A DNA stretch of 64,000 nt, taken from contig OZ249436.1 of the NCBI GenBank assembly GCA_965235115.1, positions 48,796,001-48,860,000 on the forward strand. The letters run 5' to 3'. The position numbers and the translations under genes are program-made. Positions 1 through 22,946 of this stretch are shown piece by piece. How positions within the stretch are numbered: position 1 is the first letter of the stretch; each line of letters starts with the position of its first letter. The notes beneath the pieces were generated by a model that saw only the letters and a program-made list of their open reading frames with translations, did not search any database and had not been told where the DNA came from. The stretch comes from Laetmonice hystrix (Eukaryota).

Positions 1-1758
1 GTCATCGTGGTTCACGTCATCACATGGTGAGATGAATCATTTACTTTTTTCTGAATTTTGAAAAAGATAAGGTAAATAACCTTTTATATTCTACAAGAAT
101 AATATCCCAGGGCATGGAATATCACATCTAGCATATATGGTTAAGATGCCATTCTTCATACCGAGCCCTATTAACGTTGGTCGGGACTTAGCCCTCTACT
201 GAATAATGCATAGAAAAAAATCAAGTGGCGTGCCAAGAGATGGGGTAACACCCCTACCGGGTGTAAGGTGGGGTAACGGCTTAGATAGGCCTATAAAGAA
301 CCTGAATGCAGTGGAAGGCCCCTATACTTAGGGGGGGGGGGGTGTCCGCCCCCAGGTGACAGCTGTTGGGGGCAGTGGGCTACCCAGAAACTGGACCCTT
401 GTGCTGGAAATGCTGGGGTGCTGGAAATAACCAACGTTGTAGGCGCTGAGTTTAACTTTTCATACTCTTCTAGATCTATACTCAAGAAATGAACCTTCTT
501 TTATGAAACTTAAATACGTCATAAGTCAGTGACGTTACGATGACGTAGGCCTAATCAGTCAACAGCTCAGATCAGTTCAGGCACTAGCCTATATGTCATG
601 ATCAAAATTCTCTGCAAGTTTCATGAAGACACCTTCATAGATAGGCTAGAGTCTATCGGCTATAGTTCATTTTAAGCCCACTATATAATGGGCCTAGTCA
701 TAGACCTGACCGTCTCAGGCCCGTAGCCTTAGGGGGGGGGGGTCCATCTTTTGTATTCAGTTCGTTAACTACTGATTAGTATAATGTTATGTTTCTTAAG
801 ATTCCTTGTAGCACTAGGCCTATAATGTATATTTTCACGTAGCCTATGTATGTAGGCTTAACGATGATATGCAAGATGATATGTATGATATGCAGGATCC
901 CACATTTGCAACGGCTCCCAGCCGAGAGGGTTAGATCTATCCTGGGTAAAGATCTGTTCAATAAAAAAAAAATACAGCAAGAGATAGGCCTATAGGCCTA
1001 ACGTTAGTGATTAAGCAACTGCCAAGTTAAAGAAGGTAATGAATTGTTGTTTTGTTTTGTAAGGGGATATTACTGGAAATGTGCCGTTCCAAGTGCTTAG
1101 ATCTAATTCGCGTTTCTTAATTTCGCGTTTTTTTTTTGTTTTTTGTTTGAAAACGCGAAAATCGCGAAATTAAAACACACGCGAAAAATACCTGATTTGT
1201 ATACCGCTAAGTCAGCTAAGTTCTCCGCTTCGGTCCAATCAGTAGGTGGAGCCTCCTTGGATTCGCGCGAATATTTGTACTAGATCTATAGTAGGGAGGC
1301 GAAACCAAAAAAAAAATGAGTTTCGTTCTACCGGAGAGAGCAAAAGCAACCACCATGTCAAAATAATATCCTGCGTTCTGCTAGGGTACGTGGTGGTCAA
1401 GCTCTATTCTTGTGCTAAGGTCACGAACGCAGGGGTCAAAGGTCAAAGGTCACACAAAAATAGGGGTTCCTAATTTGTTGACCTTTGACCCCAAGGTCAA
1501 GGTCATTTGAACCAAAACATCCGTTTAAAAAGGCTAAAATTTAGTTATAACATGAGAACGTTTCATCTCATTAAAAAATTTGAGGCCCAATTCTATAAGT
1601 TTGATAACATTCAGAAGGTGACGGAGCCTGCCAGTTGCCATGTCATCACGTTTGGCCATCAAGCCTCGGTAACTATGGCAAATCCCCTGGCAACGAAAGA
1701 TGCGCAGGATCTCAAAAAGCGCTAAATCTGATGCTTTATACCCATTTTCTATACTAAT

Positions 1759-1950
1759 CAGTGGCGGATCCAGGGGGGGTGTCGGCGACGTCCGGACCCC
1801 CCCCCCCCCCCTCAGATTAGCCAAATTTAATTTTTTATAACCAAAATGACTTATTGATTTTAACGGACCCCCCCCCCCTCGATCTGCCCTTTTTATGCTG
1901 GACCCCCCTCGGACCCCCCCCCCTGAAAATAGACCCTAGATCCGCCCCTG
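1759..1950. mobile_element. MITE with CAG(T/G)GGCGGAT TIRs and 5-bp TSD (hAT5-like)
   Basis: Ends CAGTGGCGGATC...GATCCGCCCCTG, flanked by CTAAT on both sides (1754-1758, 1951-1955). Confidence 0.75.
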
Positions 1951-3299
1951 CTAATACACCACATTGCATGACAAATAGTCTATTAGGCCTACCTTACGTA
2001 ACATGTCAACATTACATAGTAAACCACAATGATCGACAATCAATAGGCCTAATTGGTGATCTCTCTGTCATTATCAATGATAAATATTCTAGTGAAGTAT
2101 TTCTTAATTTCTTCTTTGAATGAATTAATCTCCCTTATTGATCTAGGCCTAGGCCTAATATGAACCTGTAGGCAGACTGTTCCACAGTACAGGACCATAG
2201 TAGGCCTAACAATTTGATTTTGTAAAAAGCTCGCTCTTTGGTCGCGGGACATGAAGTTGGCCCTAGGCCTAGTAGGCCCTACTTACAGCATCGTGAGCCC
2301 TAGTAGGAACATTCCTCCTATTAATTGTTTTAGGCCTAATTGAGAAAAGGTGATTTTTTGTAACACCTTTTTGCGTGGTGGGGAATTAAAACTGTTGAAT
2401 TTAATACATGTCTTTACTTTTAGATGGGATGGCATTGCCTAAACGCGAATTTAAGAAACGCGAAACCAGCCCAAAATGAAAAAAAAAAACCGCGAAATTT
2501 TAATCACGCCAAATTAAAGTGATTTACAGTAGGCCCTAGGCCTAGACCTATTCATCTAGGGGCCTAGATCTTCTAGGTCCCTGAAACGCACCTGCCCAGG
2601 TGCGAGGTTTTTATTGAAACACTCGCTTAGTCCATGAGCCAGATAGGCCAAAAATGGCCAATCGGTACCAGTTTGGGGGGCAAATTCTAATATGCATTTT
2701 TGTTAAGTATGATATCCCTAGTTAAAATATTTCTGCATGATAGACATTTGTAAGTAGTAGCTTAATGTGTTATATCAAAGGGTTCTCATGGGTGGGCCAG
2801 TGCAACTCGTTATACTCCAAAATTGGGGATATATCGCCAATCAGCTTGGTTTGCCCAATATATTTAGGCATCAGGGCTTTTATTTTCCTTTTAAACCGTT
2901 ATAGGCTAACTTGAAATGTGATAAAGTATAGTTATATAACAATTTATAGTATTTATATACATTTATGGCTTGGTAAATAATCATTTGTATACAAGTAGAC
3001 TGTTATATGATACAAGCAGGGTAGAACTTTCTTGAACAGAACCTGATAAGTAGGCCTTACATAACAGTGCACGGTCTTCTTTTTTTTTATAAGGTAGTAG
3101 GCCCTATAGTCTGTTCGCTCTAAGAAGACCTCGACCTCGACCTCGGCCTCATTAAAGCTCTGACCTGCCCCCCTCCTCCCGTCTATCCACAACTGGCGTA
3201 TCACAAGTCATCACTGCCTGTCATTCAAGAATATGACCAAATTCCACGTGGTTCTGTATTACCCCAAATGCAGTAATAGCTTTATTGAGGCCGAGGTCG

Positions 3300-6180
3300 T
3301 TGGAATTCGTTGGAATATTTAAATAGGATAACCTTCCACTCGAAGGGTATACATTGACGTATTTGTCATATGTCTAGAAAGTTACATCGGACTCCCTTGG
3401 TATGGAGATCAGTATGCGACATGAAGTCAGAATCAAGTGTTAGTAAGTCAGAAATGTAAAGTACACCCATATTAATCCATTGTTTCCAACAAAAGGGCTT
3501 TTTGCCAATTAATAGAGAATTGTTATTCCAAATATATTGTTTGAGAATAATGTTCCCGATTGGTGGGGGTTAACATTCTTTATATCATTCCAGAAGGTTA
3601 ATAACTCCCTATAAAAGGGAGGCAGAGCTTTCAAGTCACAATATCTGTATATTGAAAAAATGGAACGGTTTTGTGTTCAGGTAGGTTTAAGAGAGACCTG
3701 GCTTACCTGTTAAAATCCACCATTTTCAAACCACCATTATCTATCGTTTGAGTTATGACACTTTTGGCAACTTTTGAACTACCACCACTCCATAAAAAGT
3801 CATATAACAGTTTTTCTACTTCAACGATAACATTTGTGGGCACGCGAATTATTTGAGCCATATAGATAATAGGAGAGATGGCAAGCGAATTAATTATAGT
3901 GATGTTTCCTTTTATTGAAAGATTTCTCTGACGCCAAACGTTAAAGCCAAATGCAACAATCCAGCTACCTTATACCTTCCCATATGCCTTATACAATAAA
4001 GAATAACATCAGCAATAAATGCAGGTCAATAGGTTTTACATAAACGAGAATGCCAACCTTAAACTACGAGTACCGTACCTCTAGCCGAGAAATGAACTCG
4101 GCGCCATTTTACATCACATTATCACATGGGAGATTGATTCAGCCAATCAAAAACAGTCAGGTCACCCGGAAGTGTGACGTCGCCAGAGCCGCGAGTTTCC
4201 ACCAGCTGTCAGATCGGGTGAGGATACAAGGTAGTCAGAGAGTCTAGACTGAGAGCTGCGAGTAAGATTATCCGTGTCATAGTACTAGGAGACCGATCAG
4301 CAGGTCTAACCACACCACTGACTTGGTGCTGATCCTTCGTGAAGATATGCCTGGCCCTGGGTGTGCTAGCTGAACGGTAGCCCGACGCTTTGACAGTGGC
4401 AGTGCACGCCATGTCCCCGGCCGTAGACTGCCGTAGTCTGTCACTACTGTCAGACTCCATCCATGACCCAACCAGTGTACATTTCATTCTCTAGTTGACA
4501 ATTCTCCGTATAAATAATAGCTTTCAGCCACCATTTCATGCGTTGGAGGGTATTGCGACGAATTTCTGTTCGTTTAAGCGCCCGGTAAGAGATTTTTCAA
4601 TACGTTGTCGATCGACCAAATTGGCATGTCTGGCCCCGTCCAACCACCAGTGCACGCCCGTCGGGAGCACCGTGCTGCCCCGTTGTTGACTTCACCACCT
4701 GACTCGGGTGTCGGGGTGAGTGAGGCATGGAGCCTGGGACAGGGCACGCATGAAGGGGACATGAAGTCATGTAATCGACATGGGCCGAGATAACCATGGT
4801 CCGAGTTCACCAGTAACCATTATTGTACATAGTGTCCGTGAAGATGGTTGACCAACACAGTGATGGGGGAATGGGGTAGGCTCTAGGGACGCCATTTTTT
4901 AAGGTCTCACGGCAGTGAATTTCGGCAAGATGGACGCCGTGAGCAAACGGGCAACTGTCAGTTTCTATCGGGGATTACTTTTAACACACAGACTTTGTGG
5001 GAATTAGATGGTGGCAGGTAAAAGGCACTATACCATGGTTATCCATGGGCCCTATTGCTAGTGGCGGTTTCGGATCGCTTTAAGTAAGTTACGGAGATTA
5101 GTGATCTTAGTTTTAAAGTTATCTTGTATGATTCAAACTCACTGCGTACAAAAGTAACACCAATGGACTGTATATTTCCGTTGGTCCATATAATACCAAA
5201 AAGATTTGAGTTTATATTTGGTGGAGAATTTATCCATTTTGCCACTGCTTTGTTTAAATTAATTTTTAAGCCTGCGCATTAGTAAAATAGGTCTTAGATT
5301 TTAAGAGCATTCTTTAGGGACTCACAATCAAGGATAATTAGTGTAGTATCATCAGCAACTTGAGTAATTTTAATGTCGTCATCATTTATAAAGACACCTT
5401 TTACATCTTTATCTTTTCTTATGTGAGAAGCTAAGCGATCAGCAACTAGCAAGAATAAATAAGCTGAAATAGGACAGCCTTGACGTATCCCTCTCTGTGG
5501 ATGAAAGGGGGCACCTAAACGTCCGTTATTATTGGATATTGATGTACATATATAATAATGTCGTTGGATAAAATTTTAATCTAGTTATGGAAAATAGGGC
5601 CAAAATTAAAGGCCTGAAGGGTTTTATTAATGAAGGTCCAGGAGACAGTATGGAAAGCCTTTTCAAAATCGACCGTAGTTATAATGCAGGATAATCCGCG
5701 TGCTTGTGCAATGGACAGTATATCGTCTATATGACACGGATATTTTCACCAATGAAACGACCTTTGATATAGGCGGTCTGATCCGGTTAATAATACACAT
5801 GTATGTGGTAAAACGGCACAGAGGCGAGCAGTGAGTGTTTTAGCAAGCAATTTATAGTCAGTATTAAGGAGAGAGATAGGTCTCCAGTTAGTTATGAATA
5901 GTTTATTTTTGCGCGTTTGGGGGATTACGGTCATGATTCCACGCTTCTGCTCAATAGAAAGATATCCAGCAGAGTAGGCATAATTTACTAGTGAAGAAAA
6001 GACAAGGTAATTGGTGTCTGTCCAGAAGAATTTGTAAAATTCAGCAGGGAGACCATCAGAGCCAGGTGTTTTATTGTTTTTCACCAGTTTCAAGTTCTCG
6101 AGGAGTTCTTTATGTAACAAGATGTCTTTACATAACGTTTCTTTGTATTAATGCCAGCGTCTTCGTAGGAAAGGACTAAC
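3300..6180 (-). mobile_element. Degenerate non-LTR retrotransposon ORF2 fragment (L1/Tx1-like reverse transcriptase), interrupted at 3945-5079
   Basis: Minus-strand peptides KTPGSDGLPAEFYK, NWRPISLLNTDYKLLAK, RGIRQGCPISAYLF, QVADDTT, then WRQRNLSIKG..INSLAIS, FLWSG..GGLKMVD and YIWNN..KQWINMGVLYISDL. Frameshifts and stops are present; outer ends are approximate. Confidence 0.9.
3945..5079. mobile_element. 1135-bp TTAA-targeted insertion with AG...CT ends (Kolobok-like, non-autonomous)
   Basis: TTAA at 3941-3944 and 5080-5083. Removing the insert plus one TTAA restores the LINE frame (NLRNLL-NVWRQR). Short imperfect TIRs AGCCAAATGCAAC / AGCGATCCGAAAC. Confidence 0.75.
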
Positions 6181-6321
6181 CAGACGGAAAATTCAAATTG
6201 AATTCATGTCCTATCATCCAAAATGATACAAAAGTAAATCTCAGAGATGCAAATACAAATTTTATCTGAATCTTACACCAAATAATATTGGACAGGGGCG
6301 GATTTAGGGGGGCGAGGGGTA

Positions 6322-8692
6322 GGGTAAGGTCGGGTAATATGGGCATAGCGGGTAATGTGGGCACCCTGCATATTTCATAATCTATGCAGAATTGGTGCTG
6401 CCACCTTGTGTTACACTGTAGTTCGGTTTATGACGTTGATGACGCGCGTCTTTGATTGTCAAGGTTGTTAAGATCGTTGAGGTGAGTCGCTTTGCCTGTT
6501 TTTTGTTCATTTCCTTAAGATTTTTCTATGAACATGATGCCTTCTAGATTCTGAAGAAATTGGAGTATGGTGGTCATTTGAGTTTTGAGAGGTTGTAAAC
6601 CTTCCGAAGAAAGAGCAGCGGTGACGATAATAGGCGAATACCGATCGTGTATTTGATGCCGGCGAAGAATTTGGCGCGCTATCCCGCTGGGTAATATGGG
6701 CCCCACCAAAAAGTCCAATATGAGCACGGTGCTCATATTACCCAAAGTGGTGCCCATATTATCCGCGCTGAATTTATTGCACTTAGGGCCTATAGTAGGC
6801 CTATAGAGAGGTCTAGGCCTACTCCTAATGATGCAGTGTCATTCCATGATCTGATTAAATGTCCTTGGACAATGGCTCAACCCAAAGCAACGACCAAAAA
6901 GCGAAAGATCCGTCATGCTACCATTATATTATAACAAGTTCTCCCCATAAACTGGAAGTCGAGGCAAAGAAAAAAAGATCAAGTGCCAAAGCAAAATCTG
7001 AGATGGTTTGTAGGAAGAAGAGGCCCATAGGCCTAGATCTAGGCCTAGAAATATCTACCGATGGAATTAAGTGTGCATCCAACAAAAAACAAGAAAAACC
7101 CAGCCAAGTGAGTCCAAAGACAAGAAAGGGGGCGAAATAACGAAGACTGGGAAGAGAAAAAAATCTCAACAACGAAGCCAGAGTTTTGGACGGTTTTGGA
7201 TAGGCCTAGCCCTATATAGTGTTAATATTGCAAAGCATTGATGCACGGTGAATGTGCCGGCGTCGGAAAAGATCAATTTTCCTTTCAATGTGACTTGTGT
7301 TAGGCCTAAAAGGTTTTGATCATAGAGTGTAAGCGTTGCAAAGGTGTCCCCGGGAGAACATGTACAAATTTAGGCCCCTATTCCGCCGCACAGTCTTGTA
7401 GGCCCTACTTGCCGCTAACAGGATTGTGGACCCAGAGAAAAAGGGTCCACACTCCGTCTACAACCGTCTACAATAGCCTAGCCTAATATAGAAGGTCCGT
7501 CATGGGGAGTATAGGAACACTGGTAGCATTTAGTCGTGAGAACTTTCGTTGTTGTGGTAAAAGTAAGACAGATTATAAAATTTAGTAGGCCTACAGTTGA
7601 CATGTGGTTGCGTCAACATGTGTGAAATTAAAGTGCTGCATACATCATAAGGCATTAAACGTTTGGTATTCTTGCAATTTAGACCTAGGCCTACTGACAA
7701 TGGACTTTATATCATACAAAACTATCAGATCAATTTGAAAAAAAATGGGACCCCGATACTACTACCTAAATGACAGCCCCGTTGACATTTACCTGTTAGT
7801 CTGGACCTAAAGTGGACCGGTCCGATACCCCAGAAGGAGGTGATCTCGAGCGGTGCGGACCGAGGACGGTACCCCGCCCATAAGTGGCAGTGTAAACGTG
7901 TCACACAGGGTAGCCTACCGGGCCCAGTCAACTTGTCTGAGACGGTACTGCACATGCGCGCAATTCGGTCCGGTCCGAGCACGGTCCACTTGAAGTGGAC
8001 CGTGATGTAAACGCGGCGAGTGAGGTTTCCGGTCGTGACTCGAGGCGACTCATCGTCCCCGGCCCAGATACAAACTGTGTAGTGTAAACGGTGCCACTCA
8101 GGTGAACCCGGTCCGGTCCGAGCACGGTCCACTTGAAGTAGACCATAATGTAAAGGCGGCTATACGATGCTCATATTACCCTCCATTTGCCTTCCATAGA
8201 TCTACATTATAAACGGTTAATGGTAATATGGGCACACTGTTCGATTATCAATATTAATCAGAAATATTCGAATTGGTTACTAATGTAGGTCTGGTGAAAT
8301 TCTAGAATTGGATCATGTTGTGGTCTGTTAAATTTGGGGTATAGCGGTTTTAGGTATTTAACTGGATTATGCGCCCTTTCCATTTCAACAGTAGGCCCCT
8401 ACTCCTTCCTATAACAAATCAATATAGGTAATAATTATGAGCATCCCGTTGAGAGTGTAATATGAGCACGGGTGCCCGTATTTCCCACGCTCTCGGGTAA
8501 TATGGGCATGTTTAAAAAAATTTTATATCTTCGATTTTTTAAAAAAGCGAACATTAAAAGAGTTTATGAATAGCTTATGTTCTTGAGAAATCAAAACTGT
8601 TTCATATAAACTTTAGACGGATGTACTATCATACGTTTCTTTCATTCGACAACCAAATGTAAAAAGGGTGCTCATATTACCCGACCTTACCC
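6322..8692 (+). mobile_element. Deleted Tc1/mariner-superfamily (pogo/DDE_1-like) transposon
   Basis: TIR GGGTAAGGTCGGGTAATATG at both ends; TA duplicated at 6320-6321 and 8693-8694. Repeated GGTAATATGGGC subterminal motifs. Remnant peptides IITSSPHKLEVE followed by a K-rich tract, and a Cys/His cluster (CKALMHGECAG...FQCDLC, about 7220-7300). Confidence 0.75.
7775..8161. mobile_element. GC-rich MITE (PIF/Harbinger-like) inside the pogo-like element
   Basis: Imperfect TIRs AGCCCCGTTGACATT / AATGTAAAGGCGGCT; internal repeat GGTCCGGTCCGAGCACGGTCCACTTGAAGT occurs twice. TSD is not clear. Confidence 0.55.
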
Positions 8693-9538
8693 TACCAATC
8701 AGAAAAAAAAGGCAAAATTTTGTTGTTTGCAACTGTAAAAGCAAACATTTTGCTTTCTCAGAATGCAGAAAATACCATTTCAGAGACTCTATAAATGTTC
8801 AAAATTGTCCGGGGCATGCCCCCGGACCCCCCTAGCATGCAGGGCTCAGCCCACTTTTCCAACCGCCCCCCCCCCCCTTCCAAATTCCTGGATCCGCCCC
8901 TGTTGGATAGGAAGTAATTCTATGCTTCATAGGAAGTAAAAGTAGGCCTAACCCGTTATGGCCATTCTTGATACATGGTTACGAGTGTTATAAGCTAAAT
9001 CCTTTGTATGAAAGGGTGCATATCTTGGTAAAATGTAACACTGTAAAACAGTCATTAAGCTACTACTTTGGAATGTCTATCATACCAAATTTATTTACCT
9101 TTGGGTAGTATACTACAAGATGGCACTAGTGAGAATTTGCCCCCCAAACTGGTACCGATCAACCTATCTGGCTCATGGACTAGCTCTCTCCCCATCTAGC
9201 TCCACTAGTCCAAACGACTTCTTTGGCAAAGATATCTTTGGCAAAGATATTGAAACGCACTATCAGTAAGTTAGATCTGCCTAGCCTATGTCTACTCAGT
9301 CGGCCACCCGTGTCGTTTCACGTCTGGACTGAAGTCCGCTGTTTCACATTATGGTTTGGTTTCACTGTTCTCCCGCTAGGGGGGAGCCCCCTGGCGGAGT
9401 GAGCCTACAGTCTACGGTGCATGTTGGTCTTGTTCACACCACCGTCGGTCATCGGCATCGGTCATGTCAGGTGATCACTTGGGTCACTTGATCCTAATCC
9501 TTGGGACTGTCACAAGATAAAGAGTAGAAAGTTTAGAG

Positions 9539-20396
<10,858 letters not shown>

Positions 20397-22946
20397 CTGT
20401 ACCGACATGAGGGCTTCCGAAATACACGAGAACAGTCAATAATGGTGACGAGGAGATTGAAACTTCTGTAACCGAACAGTCTAATAGATTGGGGAACAGC
20501 AATGTTTTTAAAAATGATCCATGTGGGATGGGGAATGTACAGCAGCATTGTAGATAAAATACATCCTGATATTATAGAAGAAGATGGTATACGTATTATG
20601 ATTATGGGATGACTGAAGGTTTTGTGTGAGGGATGTAGGTGCTGAAGAGGATGAGAATAGATACTAGGTTTAGTGTGATATATACGGGTGTCAAAGGGTA
20701 GAGGAGAAAGATAGGCATGGAGTAACAAGTCGATATAGAAAGGATACATTAATAAGGCCATATATAGAGAGTATCCCGTAATCAACAGATATAAGTAATG
20801 AAGAATTGTATGCGCTTTCATGTCAAGAAACCAGGTGAAAATCGATTTCACATTAGAGATTGTAAGCTATAATCATACCAAGGATTCTAGATTTACTGCA
20901 GATGTGTTACAACTCCACCTTATTTGTTGATTTTTATCGAAGTTTTTGTAGTATTTCACTGAGATATTGACGATTACATGAGGTGACAATAGCATTTTCA
21001 GTAACTGCTGCATGTTAAGTTAATAAAGACAATATTAGAATTGATTGAAGCAGTCAATAATAATAAGTTTTCAGAGACCTAGTAGGCCTATCACGATGGC
21101 AGTATGTTCGTTTGATAATTTCATTGACTGTATGTGATCACAATTGTGTGACTCCCTGCGGCCAATAGCAGATACATGACGCATTGTTAAAAAACTGCAG
21201 ATTTGTAGATGTTTTATGAGTAATATAGCCTTCCAAAATCTAAATACGTGTGTATTTATAAATTGTTAAAAACTCGACATCAAGGTGGTTGTCTCTCAGT
21301 CTACGTTTGTTGCGTGTGTTAGGAGATCTGCAGCGAGATCCTTCCACGTTATTAGAGAGACGCATCCCCACACTATTTCTAACAGTGTCAGGATTCCATC
21401 CTCAGGGTACAGGAAAATGTACAATTAAGTTGGTTTAGCAGTTGGACGTGCTTAAGACTTTGTTTTAAATCAAGTTCATTTAATAGAGGCTACTATCCTG
21501 GTTCTTTGAGAGATGGATGAACTGTTGGACGAAGTCCCCTGTGTTTCGTCTTAATATGACCCCAGTGCCAGTGGTGACTTGTCACGAAAATGATCTCATT
21601 CTGATATTGTTGTGCAGAGGCTCTGGAAGCCGCAGAAAGGGGAGAATCATTATAAAAATGATATTTGAATATTTCCAGCGGGATAATTAGGCATTGATTC
21701 AGATAGCAGGTATGAGAATGTTGTGTGCGTGTTGTCGGTACTAATACTATAATAGCAGAGGAACGTCCATGACACTAGACTTTAAAATGTCCATTGTTTA
21801 CAGGGGTTTTTTTTAATGGATTGTCATTTATAAGGTTAATAAAAATGTGAAAAATTGAATGCATTTTGGATCATCTTGACTAACCCCATGTCATGTGCGC
21901 TCCCAATTTCCACACCAATCTATTGGGACTCACAATCCGATCACTACGGGTGGGCAGGAAGCGCCGACAGCTTCAGTCTGAATACAGTACACAAAATGAT
22001 TAGCCGACTCACGGCACTTTTTGTTTCAGTCTGCAACAAGGGGGCTGTTCCCACGAAAATTAGTCCCACGAATTATACCTGCTAGAGTGCTCGAGTTAGT
22101 CGGATACAGGCAGACTGAGTTCAGATTGATAAAGTTTGCAGGAAAGTGATCTCACCATGTGTAAAAGGGTTAGAAAATCTTTTTTCCTCTTGTAGTCACT
22201 GGGAAGGAAGGGTTACCACGGGTAGTTACTTTCAGAACGTGCTACTGCTTCTCTTCAAATTTCCTGTAGGATTGGAGATCTTTGAGAATGTGTTCACTGG
22301 TACGCATGGGTTAAAGGCTGCCGCATATGACGAACATTTGTGTGCGAACATAACGCCGTTTGTCGGTATTCAACATGTTTAATATTTCCGAACAAATGTT
22401 CGTCGTCTGCGGTAAACCACGAATTTCTAGTAAGCATGTTGAATACCGACAAACAATTGTCTGAGCGGATTTTTGTTTGTGAAGAAATGTTCGTGAATAT
22501 GTTCGTCGTGTGGGTTCAATGTGCTCTGATACGATATATTAATAAACCATTCTTTAATTGCAGTTTCAAACAAAGTTAATATTACACAAAAACACAACAT
22601 GAACACACAAAAAACTTTATTTAGTTTTGGACAAATTTATGGGAAATGCATTGATTGAGGACACGATTCCTAACCTTCCTCAAAGACAGAAAATGCACCC
22701 ATGTTTTTGAAAGACTTGACTTCATTTTATTATACAAAAGAAAAATGATGTCTTCAGCCAAATGTCTCCATGATGCAAGGCATGTACTCTGGTCTCTAGT
22801 AAAGCATATAAATATCTCCTCAGCCTAAACAGGATGTCATTTCTTTAAATTACAACAGCATTCATATTCCAATAGTATTATTCCTCCTTGATGACTGATA
22901 AACAATAGTGCAAAATCAACAGATGTATTGCAACAGCTGCAATGGC

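Larger units (their letters stand above)
6293..8902. mobile_element. hAT5-like MITE (CAGGGGCGGAT TIR) split by the 6322-8692 insertion
   Basis: TSD TTGGA at 6288-6292 and 8903-8907. The body matches the uninterrupted copy at 27238-27512 in reverse orientation. Confidence 0.8.
2628..9182. mobile_element. Non-autonomous DNA transposon (Academ-like) enlarged by nested insertions
   Basis: About 55-bp TIRs TAGTCCATGAGCCAGATAGG..ATCGGTACCAGTTTGGGGGGCAAATTCT at 2628-2688, inverted at 9132-9182. 3-bp TSD GCT at 2625-2627 and 9183-9185. TAG...CTA ends with a 3-bp TSD fit Academ (inference). Confidence 0.7.

Noticed and set aside
3690..3740. Apparent minus-strand first exon (ATGGTGGATTTTAACAG|GTAAGC)
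   Set aside because: It is the GGLKMVDF segment of the decayed LINE ORF2.
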